A stretch of DNA of 64,000 nt from an uncultured Alphaproteobacteria bacterium (GCA_963793165.1 CAWBYU010000009.1:191944-255943), one strand, 5' to 3'; counted from the stretch's first letter, positions 43,522-54,085 are shown. Program-made: numbers and translations. Notes: generated by a model from the letters alone, not told the origin.

Positions 43522-44691
43522 TCACTCCGCCGGGTTCGGTTCGCTGATGCCGTCTTCGCGCGCCGCACTTTCGGCGTTCGCCGACAGGCGTTGCGCCTTC
43601 CATGGTTCCCACCAGGCATTGAAGGTGCCGATGATCCCCTTCGGCAGCAGCAGCGTCACCAGGATGAACAGCGCGCCCAGCATGAACAGCCAGTACGGCG
43701 CCAACGGGCCTGACGTGAAGAAGGTTTTGGCGTAGTTGACGACGACGGCGCCGAGCGCCGCTCCAATCAGCGTGCCGCGGCCGCCGACCGCGACCCAGAT
43801 CACGGCCTCGATCGAATTGCCCGGCGCGAACTCGCCCGGATTGATGATGCCGACCTGCGGCACATAAAGCGCGCCGGCGACACCGGCCATGCACGCCGAC
43901 AGCGTGAAGACGAACAGCTTGTAGGATTCGACGCGGTAGCCGAGAAATCGCGTGCGGGATTCGGCGTCGCGGATCGCGATCAGCACCTTGCCGAGTTTCG
44001 AGGTCACCACCGCGCGGCAGATCAGGAAGGCGACGATGAGGGCAAGACAGCTCAGCAGGAACAGCGTGGCGCGGGTGCCGTCGGCCTGCACGTTGAAGCC
44101 CAGGATGTCCTTGAAGTCGGTCAGGCCGTTGTTGCCGCCGAAGCCGAAATCGTTGCGGAAGAATGCCAGCAGCAGCGCGTAGGTCATCGCCTGCGTGATG
44201 ATCGAGAGATAGACGCCGGTAACGCGGGAACGGAACGCCAGCCAACCGAAGCAGAATGCCAACAGGCCCGGCACGACAATGACCATCAGCGCCGCGAACC
44301 AGAACATATCGAAACCGTGCCAGTACCAGGGCAGCTTCGGATAGTTCAGGAACACCATGAAGTCGGGCAGGATCGGATTGCCGTAGACGCCGCGGCTTCC
44401 GATCTGGCGCATCAGATACATCCCCATGGCGTAGCCGCCGAGCGCAAAGAACGCGCCGTGGCCGAGCGAGAGAATGCCGCAATAGCCCCAGATCAGATCG
44501 ATCGAAAGCGCGAGAATAGCGTAGCAGACATATTTCCCGAACAGCGCCACCAGATAGGTCGGCACCTGCAGGAAGGAGCCGGCCGGCAACAGCAGGTTCG
44601 ACAGCGGGATCAGAACGCCGACCGCCGCGACCACAAGCAGGAAGACCGTCGCGCTGCGGTCCAGCGAGCGCGTGAGGATGTGCGGCATCAT
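43522..44691 (-). CDS. urtC: Urea ABC permease UrtC
   Basis: WGYCGILSLGHG, GGNNGLTDFK, VAVGGRGTL. Confidence 0.94.
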   Translation of the reverse strand: MMPHILTRSLDRSATVFLLVVAAVGVLIPLSNLLLPAGSFLQVPTYLVALFGKYVCYAILALSIDLIWGYCGILSLGHGAFFALGGYAMGMYLMRQIGSRGVYGNPILPDFMVFLNYPKLPWYWHGFDMFWFAALMVIVVPGLLAFCFGWLAFRSRVTGVYLSIITQAMTYALLLAFFRNDFGFGGNNGLTDFKDILGFNVQADGTRATLFLLSCLALIVAFLICRAVVTSKLGKVLIAIRDAESRTRFLGYRVESYKLFVFTLSACMAGVAGALYVPQVGIINPGEFAPGNSIEAVIWVAVGGRGTLIGAALGAVVVNYAKTFFTSGPLAPYWLFMLGALFILVTLLLPKGIIGTFNAWWEPWKAQRLSANAESAAREDGISEPNPAE

Positions 44692-44699
44692 CGGGAGTC

Positions 44700-44821
44700 A
44701 CCTCTCCCGCTTGCGGGGAAGGTCGACGCGCGAAGCGCGGCGGGTGGGGGAAGTGCCTCCACAAGCGCCGGCGTTCGTGGAGAGCCCCCCACCCCAGCCC
44801 TCCCCCGCAAGCGGGAGAGGG
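44700..44821. repeat. RIME/REP-like palindromic element between urtB and urtC
   Basis: CCTCTCCCGCTTGCGGGGA ... CCCCCGCAAGCGGGAGAGG terminal inversion with internal hairpins. Confidence 0.82.
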
Positions 44822-44866
44822 AGCCGAAGCAGAGCCCGAGGCGCAATCCAACTGCAAGAGACGGCA

Positions 44867-46480
44867 TCATGCTTCCACCGCACGGCCTTTGAGCGCAAAC
44901 AGGCCGCGCGGGCGTTTCTGGATGAACAGGATGATGAGAACCAGGATCGCGATCTTGCCGAGCACGGCGCCGGCGACCGGTTCGAGGAACTTGTTGGCGA
45001 TGCCCAGCGTGAACGCGCCGACCAGCGTGCCCCAGAGATTGCCGACGCCGCCGAACACCACGACCATGAAGGAATCGATGATGTAGCTCTGACCGAGATT
45101 GGGGCTGACATTGTCGATCTGCGACAGCGCCACGCCGGCAATGCCGGCGATGCCGGAGCCCAGGCCGAAGGTCAGCGCATCGACGCGCGAGGTCGCGATC
45201 CCCATCGAGGCCGCCATCCGGCGGTTCTGCGTCACCGCGCGCATCTCGAGCCCGAGGGCGGTATAGCGCAGCATCGCCAGCAATATGGCGAACACCGCCA
45301 GCGTGAAGCACAGGATCCAGAGCCGGTTGTAGGTGATCGTGATCTGGCCTAGTTCGAACGCGCCGCTCATCCAGGAGGGATTGCCGACCTCGCGGTTGGT
45401 GGGACCGAACATGGTGCGCACCGCCTGCTGCAGCACCAGCGACAGGCCCCAGGTCGCCAGCAGCGTCTCCAGCGGCCGGCCGTAGAGGAAGCGGATGATG
45501 CTGCGCTCGATCAGGATGCCGATCGCGCCGGCCACGATGAAGGCCAGCGGCACGGCGATCAGCAGCGAATAATCGAACAGCTGGGGATAGCTGGTGCGGA
45601 TGGTTTCCTGCACCACGAAGGTGACATAGGCGCCGATCATCACCATCTCGCCATGCGCCATGTTGATCACGCCCATCACCCCGAAGGTGATGGCAAGACC
45701 GATGGCCGCGAGCAGCAGAACCGAACCGAGCGACAGGCCGTACCAGGCGTTCTGCACCATCGACCACAGTGCGAGGTTGCTTTGAATGGCGGAGGTGGCA
45801 TTGGCCGCGGCGCGCGCCACCGCGGCCGGCTGGTCGCCGCTCAAGCCGGTCAGCAGCGCCAGCGCCTCCTGATCGCCCCGCGCCTTGATGGTGGCGATGG
45901 CTTCGAGCTTTTCGGCGTCGGTGGCGTCTTCCTTGAACAGCAGGATCGCCGCGCGCGCCTCGGTGAAGGCCAGCTTTGCCGCTTTGTTGGTTTCCTTTTG
46001 CAAAGCGCCGTCGACGACCGGCAGCATGGTCTCGTCATGGGTCTTGAAGACCGATTGCGCGGCCGCGATCCGCTTGGCGGGATCCGGCGACAGCAGGGTC
46101 AGGCCGCCGAGCGCGGCCTCCACGGTGCGGCGCAAGCGGTTGTTGAGCCGGACGGCGGCCGCGCCGTCGGGCAGGCCTGCCACCGCATCGCCGGTCGTAG
46201 CGTCGATGGTCTTGCCATCGGGCTGCGTGAGAAAAACCTTCTTCGACTCCGGATCGGCCGACAACCGGCCGTCCTGAAGCGCGCTGATGATGGCAAAGGC
46301 GAGCGGATTGCCTGACGTTGCGACCACGCCCACGGCTTCTTCGGTATCGGAAAAATCGTCATTGGCGAATTTGCCCATCGCGTCTTCGAACGGACCCGCG
46401 AGCGCCGGCAGGGCAAAGGCTGCGACCAGAAAAATGGAGAGGGCGAGTGTACGAAGGTGGTCAACGACGTTGGCAAGCAC
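44867..46480 (-). CDS. urtB: Urea ABC permease UrtB
   Basis: GLAITFGVMGVINMAHGE, GRPLETLLATWG; GTG start 46480 inferred. Confidence 0.93.
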   Translation of the reverse strand: MLANVVDHLRTLALSIFLVAAFALPALAGPFEDAMGKFANDDFSDTEEAVGVVATSGNPLAFAIISALQDGRLSADPESKKVFLTQPDGKTIDATTGDAVAGLPDGAAAVRLNNRLRRTVEAALGGLTLLSPDPAKRIAAAQSVFKTHDETMLPVVDGALQKETNKAAKLAFTEARAAILLFKEDATDAEKLEAIATIKARGDQEALALLTGLSGDQPAAVARAAANATSAIQSNLALWSMVQNAWYGLSLGSVLLLAAIGLAITFGVMGVINMAHGEMVMIGAYVTFVVQETIRTSYPQLFDYSLLIAVPLAFIVAGAIGILIERSIIRFLYGRPLETLLATWGLSLVLQQAVRTMFGPTNREVGNPSWMSGAFELGQITITYNRLWILCFTLAVFAILLAMLRYTALGLEMRAVTQNRRMAASMGIATSRVDALTFGLGSGIAGIAGVALSQIDNVSPNLGQSYIIDSFMVVVFGGVGNLWGTLVGAFTLGIANKFLEPVAGAVLGKIAILVLIILFIQKRPRGLFALKGRAVEA

Positions 46481-46502
46481 TGGACGACCCCGGCAGAGGT
46501 GG

Positions 46503-46578
46503 GAAGAAGGCGGCAACATCGCCGCCCTCTTCGATCTTTTGGATCGGCTTGCCATGATCCGGCTGATCGGATCATGGC
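46503..46578. other. Two stem-loops between urtA and urtB (possible mRNA stabiliser or attenuator)
   Basis: GGCGGC/GCCGCC stem at 46503-46532; GCCATGATCCG/CGGATCATGGC at 46551-46578. Confidence 0.55.
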
Positions 46579-46618
46579 GCCCAGCTTGGATCATGCTCCG
46601 GGAATCAGGAACCCTGGA

Positions 46619-47941
46619 TCAGGAACCCTGGCCGCCGCACTTGTTGGTCTTGGTGTTGTAGTTGCCGCACTTCTTGCCAACCCAGTCGCCGATAAGGTCC
46701 TTGGAGCCCTCGAGCTCCTTCGACCATGCATCGCCGGCCACCAGGCCCGGGGTCTTCCACACCACGTCGAACTGGCCATTGCCTTTGATTTCGCCGATGA
46801 ACACGGGCTTGGTGATGTGATGGTTGGGAAGCATCTTCGAGGTGCCGCCGGTGAGGTTCTTGGCTTCGATACCCGGCAGGGCGTCGATCACCTTGTCGGC
46901 GTCGACCGACTTCACCTTCTCGACCGCCTTGACCCACATGTCGAAGCCGATGACGTGCGCTTCCATCGGATCGTTGGTCACGCGCTTCGGGTTCTTGGTG
47001 TAGGCCTGCCACGCCTTGATGAACTTCTCGTTCTCGGGCGTCTTGATCGATTCGAAGTAGTTCCAGGCCGCGAGATGGCCGAGCAGCGGCTTGGTATCGA
47101 TGCCGGCGAGTTCTTCCTCACCCACCGAGAACGCGACAACCGGGATGTCGGTCGCCTTGATGCCCTGGTTGCCGAGCTCCTTGTAGAAGGGAACGTTGGC
47201 GTCGCCATTGATGGTCGAGACCACCGCCGTCTTCTTGCCGGCGGAGCCGAACTTCTTGATGTCGGCCACGATGGTCTGCCAGTCGCTATGACCGAACGGC
47301 GTGTAGTTGATCATGATGTCTTCCTGCTTGACGCCCTTCGACTTCAAGTAGGCTTCGAGAATCTTGTTGGTGGTGCGCGGATAGACGTAGTCGGTGCCGG
47401 CCAGCACCCAGCGCTTCACCTTTTCTTCCTTGGCGAGGTAGTCGACCGCCGGGATCGCCTGCTGGTTCGGCGCCGCACCGGTGTAAAATACGTTGCGCTC
47501 GCTCTCCTCGCCCTCGTACTGCACGGGATAGAACAGGATCGAATTCAGTTCCTTGAACACCGGCAGGACGGATTTGCGCGACACCGAGGTCCAGCAGCCG
47601 AACACCACGGCCACCTTGTCCTTGGTGATGAGCTCACGCGCCTTTTCCGCGAACAGCGGCCAGTTCGATGCGGGGTCGACGACAACGGCCTCCAGCTTCT
47701 TGCCGAGAACGCCGCCTTTCTTGTTCTGCTCGTCGATCAGGAAGAGAATGGTATCTTTCAGCGTGGTTTCGCTGATGGCCATGGTGCCCGAGAGCGAGTG
47801 AAGAACGCCGACCTTAATGGTGTCATCCGCCGCTCGGGCGGTTGTAAATGTCGCCAAACCCAAAACCAGCCCGGCAGTCGCCGCCAGCCAGCGGCGGCGG
47901 CTCAATGGCGCCGCTATATCGTGAGTCAATTGAGTAAGCAT
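46619..47941 (-). CDS. urtA: Urea ABC substrate-binding protein UrtA
   Basis: RR-type signal; VGVLHSLSGTMAISE, GCWTSVSRK, YPVQYEG, GTDYVYPR. Confidence 0.95.
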   Translation of the reverse strand: MLTQLTHDIAAPLSRRRWLAATAGLVLGLATFTTARAADDTIKVGVLHSLSGTMAISETTLKDTILFLIDEQNKKGGVLGKKLEAVVVDPASNWPLFAEKARELITKDKVAVVFGCWTSVSRKSVLPVFKELNSILFYPVQYEGEESERNVFYTGAAPNQQAIPAVDYLAKEEKVKRWVLAGTDYVYPRTTNKILEAYLKSKGVKQEDIMINYTPFGHSDWQTIVADIKKFGSAGKKTAVVSTINGDANVPFYKELGNQGIKATDIPVVAFSVGEEELAGIDTKPLLGHLAAWNYFESIKTPENEKFIKAWQAYTKNPKRVTNDPMEAHVIGFDMWVKAVEKVKSVDADKVIDALPGIEAKNLTGGTSKMLPNHHITKPVFIGEIKGNGQFDVVWKTPGLVAGDAWSKELEGSKDLIGDWVGKKCGNYNTKTNKCGGQGS

Positions 47942-48013
47942 GAGGTGTCATCTCCCTGACGCAGGCGTTAAAACGCTGCGAACGGCCCCACGGCCGCCTG
48001 CATCGGCAGAATC

Positions 48014-48028
48014 GCAAGAACCGTGCCA
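48014..48028 (-). promoter_or_regulatory. sigma54 (-24/-12) promoter of the urt-ure operon
   Basis: Minus strand TGGCAC-GGTTC-TTGC, exact spacing. Confidence 0.85.
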
Positions 48029-48102
48029 CGGTATGCAGAGCCACTAACCTTTTGGCCTTGTTGATGAATTATGCCTCGACGACAGCACTGGCGGGTTCAA
48101 TG

Positions 48103-48117
48103 GCCTAATATTTAGGC
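48103..48117. promoter_or_regulatory. Putative NtrC-type enhancer site
   Basis: Palindrome GCCTAATATTTAGGC (GC-N11-GC) about 75-90 bp upstream of the -24 box. Confidence 0.55.
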
Positions 48118-48492
48118 TAAAAAAATGTGTGCTTTATCGGCATATCGATTGTTTTATGAGCAGATATGAGAAAATGTCTAAAAATCCGGCAGGCAATGCC
48201 GCGTGCAGGACACCTACAGGTTGTCGGCTGGTCGGATTCTTGACCCGCGCGCGACGTCATTTGACAATTCATCTTGAAAGCGCCGCGTTCGTGTTCCATA
48301 TGAACGGTACGACCCAGGGAATCACCGGGTCACTGCGAGCCGCGTGTTCTGAGCCCGTCCAACGGTTTCTGGCTTGCCCCTTCAGCTAACCAAAACCGAC
48401 GCCCCAAACACGCGGGTGTCTCTGACACCCCCTCGCGCGCTCCTGGCTGACACCGCCGGGCGCCTGCCTTTAATAATGGAAAGAACCATCTT

Positions 48493-49923
48493 TTGACCTC
48501 CTTTCAGGATTTCGGCCTCGCCGATCCCATCTCGCGTGCGCTCAAAGAAGAGAACTATCTCACGCCCACCCCCATTCAGGCCCAAACCATTCCTCTTGCA
48601 CTCGCCGGCCGCGACGTCGTCGGCATTGCCCAGACCGGCACCGGCAAGACCGCATCGTTCGCGCTTCCCATCCTGCATCGCATACTGGAGAACCGCATCA
48701 AGCCGCAGCCGAAAGCCTGCCGCGTGCTCGTGCTGAGCCCGACCCGCGAATTGTCGGGCCAGATCCTCGAGAGCTTCAACGCCTATGGCCGCCACATGCG
48801 GCTCACTTCGGCGCTGGCGATCGGCGGCGTCCCGATGGGACGTCAGGTTCGCTCGGTCATGCAGGGCGTCGAAGTCATGGTTGCGACGCCCGGCCGCCTG
48901 CTCGATCTGGTGCAAAGCAACGGATTGAAGCTCGGACAGGTCGAATTCCTCGTGCTCGACGAGGCCGACCGCATGCTGGACATGGGCTTCATCAACGACA
49001 TCCGGAAGATCGTCTCCAAACTGCCGGTCAAACGGCAGACGCTGTTCTTCTCGGCCACGATGCCGAAGGATATCGCCGAACTCGCCGAACAGATGCTGCG
49101 CGATCCGGCGCGGGTGGCGGTGACGCCGGTCGCCTCGACGGTCGAGCGCATTACCCAGCGCATCATTCAGGTCGATCACACCGCCAAGCCCGCTCTGCTG
49201 GCGCAGCTTCTCAAGCAGGAGCCGGTCGATCGCGCGCTGATCTTTACCCGCACCAAGCATGGCGCGGACAAGGTGGTGAAAGGTCTCGCCAGGGCCGGCA
49301 TCACCGCCGACGCCATTCACGGCAACAAGTCGCAGAACCATCGCGAACGGGTGCTGGCGGCATTCCGCTCCGGCGAGATCCGCACGCTGGTCGCCACCGA
49401 CATCGCCGCCCGCGGCATCGACGTCGATGGCATTAGCCATGTGGTCAATTTCGACCTGCCCAACGTGCCCGAGACCTATGTCCATCGCATCGGCCGCACC
49501 GCGCGCGCCGGCGCCGAGGGCGTGGCGATTTCGCTGGTCGCGGGCGGTGAGGAAATGACGTATCTGCGCGACATCGAAAAGCTGATCCGTATTGCGCTAC
49601 CGCGAGAAGACCGCCGCACGCCGGGCCATCGCGAGGCAGCGCCGGCTCCCGCCCAGCATCGCGGCGCACGATCCGGACCCCGCGCGCATCCGGCCCGGGG
49701 CCACGAGGCGGCGCCCGGCGCGAAAGGGCCTCGCCGTCACCGCCGTCCCGGTGGTAATAACAGCGCTCCGCAAGCCAACCGGCACGAGACCAACCGGCAG
49801 GAGCCGTCGCGTCCGTCCTCGCAAGGCGGCGGCAAGGCTGAAGGGATGCAAGGGGTAGCTTTTTTGCATCGCGAAAGCCGCCCCAATACCAAGCCCAACC
49901 GCGCCCAACGGCCCCAGCGCTAG
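48493..49923 (+). CDS. rhlE: DEAD-box RNA helicase (RhlE-like)
   Basis: PTPIQ, AQTGTGKT, PTREL, LDEADRMLDMGF, SAT, HRIGRTARAG. Confidence 0.92.
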   Translation: MTSFQDFGLADPISRALKEENYLTPTPIQAQTIPLALAGRDVVGIAQTGTGKTASFALPILHRILENRIKPQPKACRVLVLSPTRELSGQILESFNAYGRHMRLTSALAIGGVPMGRQVRSVMQGVEVMVATPGRLLDLVQSNGLKLGQVEFLVLDEADRMLDMGFINDIRKIVSKLPVKRQTLFFSATMPKDIAELAEQMLRDPARVAVTPVASTVERITQRIIQVDHTAKPALLAQLLKQEPVDRALIFTRTKHGADKVVKGLARAGITADAIHGNKSQNHRERVLAAFRSGEIRTLVATDIAARGIDVDGISHVVNFDLPNVPETYVHRIGRTARAGAEGVAISLVAGGEEMTYLRDIEKLIRIALPREDRRTPGHREAAPAPAQHRGARSGPRAHPARGHEAAPGAKGPRRHRRPGGNNSAPQANRHETNRQEPSRPSSQGGGKAEGMQGVAFLHRESRPNTKPNRAQRPQR

Positions 49924-49947
49924 CCGCCGATCGATCTGGAGACAACC

Positions 49948-50229
49948 ATGGCTAAAGAAGAGCTGATCCAGTTCGAAGGACTGGTGACTGAAATCCTCCC
50001 GGATGCCCGCTACCGCGTGCAGCTCGATGCCGGGCACGAGATCGTCGCCTACACCGCCGGCAAGATGAAAAAGAACCGGATCAAGACGCTGGCGGGAGAC
50101 CGGGTCACGATCGAGATGTCGCCCTATGACCTGGAGAAAGGGCGGCTGATCTTTCGCCACAAGGATGAGCGTCCGGGCGGCGGAGCCCCGCGTGGTGCAC
50201 CGCCGCGCGGCCAGTTTCGGCGCAGGTAA
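49948..50229 (+). CDS. infA: Translation initiation factor IF-1 with Arg/Gly-rich tail
   Basis: [33 protein letters not shown]. Confidence 0.95.
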   Translation: MAKEELIQFEGLVTEILPDARYRVQLDAGHEIVAYTAGKMKKNRIKTLAGDRVTIEMSPYDLEKGRLIFRHKDERPGGGAPRGAPPRGQFRRR

Positions 50230-50520
50230 ACGCCACCGCGACTGGGAAGAAAATCCGTCGGGAAATCGCGCGTGGCAAAATCAAGGCCGCGCGCCGACGG
50301 CCGGCGGCGCAAATCGGCTGGAATAGAAAATTCCACGCACGTCAGGATTGTTTTGGCAACCGCCTTCGCATAATATGCGCTTATCGATTTTCGGCCGGAC
50401 GACATTAGCTATCCACCGGTACAGCCGGTTTAGACGCTGACGACCCTTCCAAAAATTCGATCTCACCAGCCTGACGAAAGTGGGCTTCTACTATATCTAT
50501 CTTGAGAAGGGACTACCCCC

Positions 50521-50733
50521 GTGAGCATGGGAACCGTGAAGTGGTTTAACGCGACCAAGGGCTTCGGCTTTATTCAACCGGATGACGGCGGCAATGACGT
50601 GTTCGTGCACATCAGCGCCGTTGAGCGTGCCGGTCTTGGAACACTGCGTGAAGGCCAGAAGATCAGCTACGAGATCGTGGCGGATCGTCGTTCTGGCAAG
50701 TCGTCGGCCGACAATCTGCGCGCCGCTGGCTAA
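50521..50733 (+). CDS. cspA: Cold-shock protein
   Basis: [23 protein letters not shown]. Confidence 0.93.
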   Translation: MSMGTVKWFNATKGFGFIQPDDGGNDVFVHISAVERAGLGTLREGQKISYEIVADRRSGKSSADNLRAAG

Positions 50734-50774
50734 GCGAGACTTCGACAGCGGACACTGCGAAGTTTTATCGGAAA

Positions 50775-50810
50775 TTAAAAAAGGCCGCGCGGCATGCGCG
50801 GCCTTTTAAT
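50775..50810. terminator. Bidirectional intrinsic terminator
   Basis: AAAAGGCCGCGC-loop-GCGCGGCCTTTT. Confidence 0.85.
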
Positions 50811-50898
50811 TCGAGCGACCTCTGATTTGAACGGCCTTTAGTTCGAACAATGGGCCTGACGCGACTGCGATGGCGCCCGGAGGCCTCTGCTTTCAAAG

Positions 50899-51519
50899 CT
50901 ACGTGCAGCCTGGCAGGGCGCCTGAAGTGGGCGTCGGATAGATGACGCAGAGGCTCTGACGCGGACGCGTATAGGCGAAGTCGGTCAGGTCGACGCCAGC
51001 CTTCGCCATCACATAGCCAATGGTGGGCATATATTTATAACTGACCTCGCTCCAGATCAGATATGTCCCGTCGATCTTGAGTTCGTCCACTATCGGCACA
51101 ACGCTCGGCTTGGCGGGGCTCGGATCGGCGATCGTGACATTGCCCAGCCTGTCGATGGTCAATGCCTTGCTCCACTTGACCCGCGCGACATGTGTCGCGG
51201 GATCGATGTAAACTTCCGTAATCCAGGCTTTCAAAATCGATGGATCGTAGGGTGTCAGGATCGCCTTGGCGGTTTGACCGAAATTCTTGAGATCATTGTC
51301 CGACACGCTCGGCGATTGAGACGTCAGGTCGGAAAGCGTTCGCGCCACCAGCGTGACCTTGCAATTCACGGCGAGCGCCGACGCGAACTCCTCCATTCCG
51401 AAATACATCACCAGCATCACCGGAACGATCACGGCAAACTCGACCGCGACGACGCCGCGGCAATCGTTCAACAAAGCCCGCGCGCGAAGCGCCATCTTAT
51501 GCAGCGGCGACAGCATCAT
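50899..51519 (-). CDS. TadE/TadG-like pseudopilin
   Basis: RGVVAVEFAVIVP; start overlaps the upstream stop (ATGA). Confidence 0.85.
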   Translation of the reverse strand: MMLSPLHKMALRARALLNDCRGVVAVEFAVIVPVMLVMYFGMEEFASALAVNCKVTLVARTLSDLTSQSPSVSDNDLKNFGQTAKAILTPYDPSILKAWITEVYIDPATHVARVKWSKALTIDRLGNVTIADPSPAKPSVVPIVDELKIDGTYLIWSEVSYKYMPTIGYVMAKAGVDLTDFAYTRPRQSLCVIYPTPTSGALPGCT

Positions 51520-52073
51520 TTGGGTTCCACATGAAAGGCCGCCGTCGCGGAGAGCAGCCGCTGGTGGTTTTCGAGATTTGCAATGTTGTAGCCGAGGCCG
51601 GTCACATATAGCTGCCACGGATAAAACACGCGGACCACGACGGTGCTGGGGGTGTTCTCCGGCGGCAGTTGATAGGTGAAGGGTGGGGTGAGCTTTCCGC
51701 CGACGATCGGGTCGGTGAGCGAGATCGCGGTGCCCGGAGAAAAGAGCGTGACATCCACTTTCAGCTTGATCGGATCGCCGGCGCAGTCGAACAACGTCTT
51801 GATGCGTTTGCAGAGATCCGTTTTGAAGTCCACTTCACTCATGTTGGTGTCCTGCGCCTGATGCGTAAACATCAGCCGGGCACTGTCCTGCATGCCCGTC
51901 TCCAGAACCTGACCCGCGAGAAATACCATCCCCGTCTCGATAATCGCAAACAGCAGCGCGAAGAATATCGGCGCGATAAACGCGAATTCGACCGCGACCG
52001 AACCGCGGCGGTTACGGCGAAACCGCCCTACTGCGTTGCTGACCGAGACTGCTGCAATAGCGTAAAACGGCAT
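51516..52073 (-). CDS. tadE: TadE-like pseudopilin
   Basis: RRGSVAVEFAFIAPIFFALLFAIIE. Confidence 0.85.
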   Translation of the reverse strand: MPFYAIAAVSVSNAVGRFRRNRRGSVAVEFAFIAPIFFALLFAIIETGMVFLAGQVLETGMQDSARLMFTHQAQDTNMSEVDFKTDLCKRIKTLFDCAGDPIKLKVDVTLFSPGTAISLTDPIVGGKLTPPFTYQLPPENTPSTVVVRVFYPWQLYVTGLGYNIANLENHQRLLSATAAFHVEPK

Positions 52074-52304
52074 CGAAAAATCCTTGAGGAGGCGGCGATC
52101 ATCCGCCCGCAAGAACTATCCGAAACTCATTGTCGAAGTGTTTCGCCGGATCGAGACAACATGGCCCAACACGTTCATCATCCGTTAACCCAGTCGGATC
52201 GAGCCTGTTGCGAAACGGCATCCACTCTCGCGTGGGACGACTAGCTTCGCCGGCAGCACGGGACGGCGTCATCGTGGCTGTCGCTCAGGGTGCGGGGGTA
52301 ACGG

Positions 52305-52817
52305 TCAATTCGCCGATTTGGTGCCCGCCGAAGTGGCGCTGCCGCTGGCCTGGCTGCTGAGAGAACCGGCCTGGTCGATCGCCGATTTGAAGTAGTTCTC
52401 GCCGTCGCCAAGGGTGACCCGCCGCTGGCAAATCGGCATGCAGCTATACAACTCGCGTTCGACGCCGCGATAGACCGTGACAAGCTGGTCGGTGGGTCCC
52501 TCGACCTGAATGATACGGTCCACCAGGACCTCGCCGCCGCGGTCCATCGCGATGAAATTGGTCGCGCCGTAACCCTTGCCGGTCACCACGATGACCCCGC
52601 CATTCTGCAGCGTCACGTCCGCGATCAGCGGGTTTCCAACGACGATGGTCGCGACGCGGCCGGGAAGCCTGACCAGCTTGGCCTGATCGACATTGACCGC
52701 GATGGCGCTCGCCGAGAACTGGGCAAGCGCAGCTTCCGGACCCAGGATGATTGCAAAGGCCAGCACGCAAAACCCGAAACACGCTCGCATGCGAATACGC
52801 AGAAAGTTCAGCGACAT
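52305..52817 (-). CDS. Pilus assembly N-terminal-domain protein
   Basis: VNVDQAKLV..VVGNPLIADV..TGKGYGATN; C-terminal YSC.P.C. Confidence 0.82.
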   Translation of the reverse strand: MSLNFLRIRMRACFGFCVLAFAIILGPEAALAQFSASAIAVNVDQAKLVRLPGRVATIVVGNPLIADVTLQNGGVIVVTGKGYGATNFIAMDRGGEVLVDRIIQVEGPTDQLVTVYRGVERELYSCMPICQRRVTLGDGENYFKSAIDQAGSLSSQASGSATSAGTKSAN

Positions 52818-52951
52818 ACTATACTCCGGGGCGTTGACGAGCCGGCTTGAAGCGATACGCAGCAGAACCGGCGCCCGACGCGCTGAATCTGACGACAATT
52901 AGTGAATGAAGTGCAAACGGCGCCAAGAAACCCGGACCCGGGGCGTATTGT

Positions 52952-53779
52952 CTATTGCCGGAACGGATAAACCAATTGCCCGCCGATCTCGGAGGGAACC
53001 GACGGATCGTCGACGCCATAGCGAGCGGGTAACGCGCTCTCCGGCATCCGGAAGGTCCCGAACAGAATATCCCAGAGCGGAAACGTCCCGGCAAAGTTGG
53101 TATTGCCGCCTTCGGCGAGCGAGGTGTGATGCCAGCGGTGGAACACCGGCGTTGCAAGCACGTATTTAAACGGGCCCAGCGTCCAGTTGAGGTTGGCGTG
53201 GACGAACGCCGAATGAAACATGTTGAAGGGCCCGACCCAGAGCATGGTGTTCGGGGAGATACCCGCCATCAGCAATATGACGTCGACGGCGATGGTGCCA
53301 AGAAACAGATTCACCGGGTGAAAGCGCGCCGCCGAAATCCAGTCGAGATCTTCGGACGAATGATGGATCGCGTGATATTTCCAGAAGCCGCCGCCGTGAA
53401 ACATGCGGTGCAGCCAATACAGCATGAAATCCGACAGAACGAGGAACAACACCGCCTGAAGCCACAGCGGCAACTCGGACAGCGGGCCATGCCCGTTGTC
53501 GTAAAAGGCAATCAGTTCGTCGGCGTCATGAATGTTGAAGATCACGCCGGCGCCGAGCACCAGCAGCCCGATCCGGAACACGCGCCCGAACAGCGGCACG
53601 AAAAACCAGTAACAGATGTCGGTGGCGAGCTCGCGCTTGCGCCACCAGGGCGTTCCGGGATTGCAGGCCCAGAAATAACTCAGCACCGAGAACACCAGAG
53701 CCAGCACGATCGTGACCGGAACTACCTTGGCGATCGTCTGGCCGAGCATCTCGACGACTTCCATGGGTAGACTGGACAT
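52952..53779 (-). CDS. Sterol desaturase / fatty acid hydroxylase family protein
   Basis: His boxes YWLHRMFH, HAIHH, FVHAN, HRWHH; WDILFGT. Confidence 0.88.
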   Translation of the reverse strand: MSSLPMEVVEMLGQTIAKVVPVTIVLALVFSVLSYFWACNPGTPWWRKRELATDICYWFFVPLFGRVFRIGLLVLGAGVIFNIHDADELIAFYDNGHGPLSELPLWLQAVLFLVLSDFMLYWLHRMFHGGGFWKYHAIHHSSEDLDWISAARFHPVNLFLGTIAVDVILLMAGISPNTMLWVGPFNMFHSAFVHANLNWTLGPFKYVLATPVFHRWHHTSLAEGGNTNFAGTFPLWDILFGTFRMPESALPARYGVDDPSVPSEIGGQLVYPFRQ

Positions 53780-54085
53780 GCGCGCCTCATCTGATCGGGT
53801 AGCGAAGAAATACCCGTCCGGGCTTAAGGAGCCATGAAGCCGAGGCCGCGGGCGCCCTCGCCGCTCGCCATGCAAATCAAGGTATCGAAACTATGTCGTC
53901 TTTATGCACAGCGCTTAATTCGAAATTTACTCTGCCCGGGAACAACCCGATCCATCCATGTTTACACAATCGAATTAACTGCGCTGCAATTCTCCCACCC
54001 TAAGGTACCGGCATGGTCACGGTGCTGAGAACGCCGGCTAGACCACACGTTAGTCGACCAGCCTCGTGTACATATGGAGTGATCT

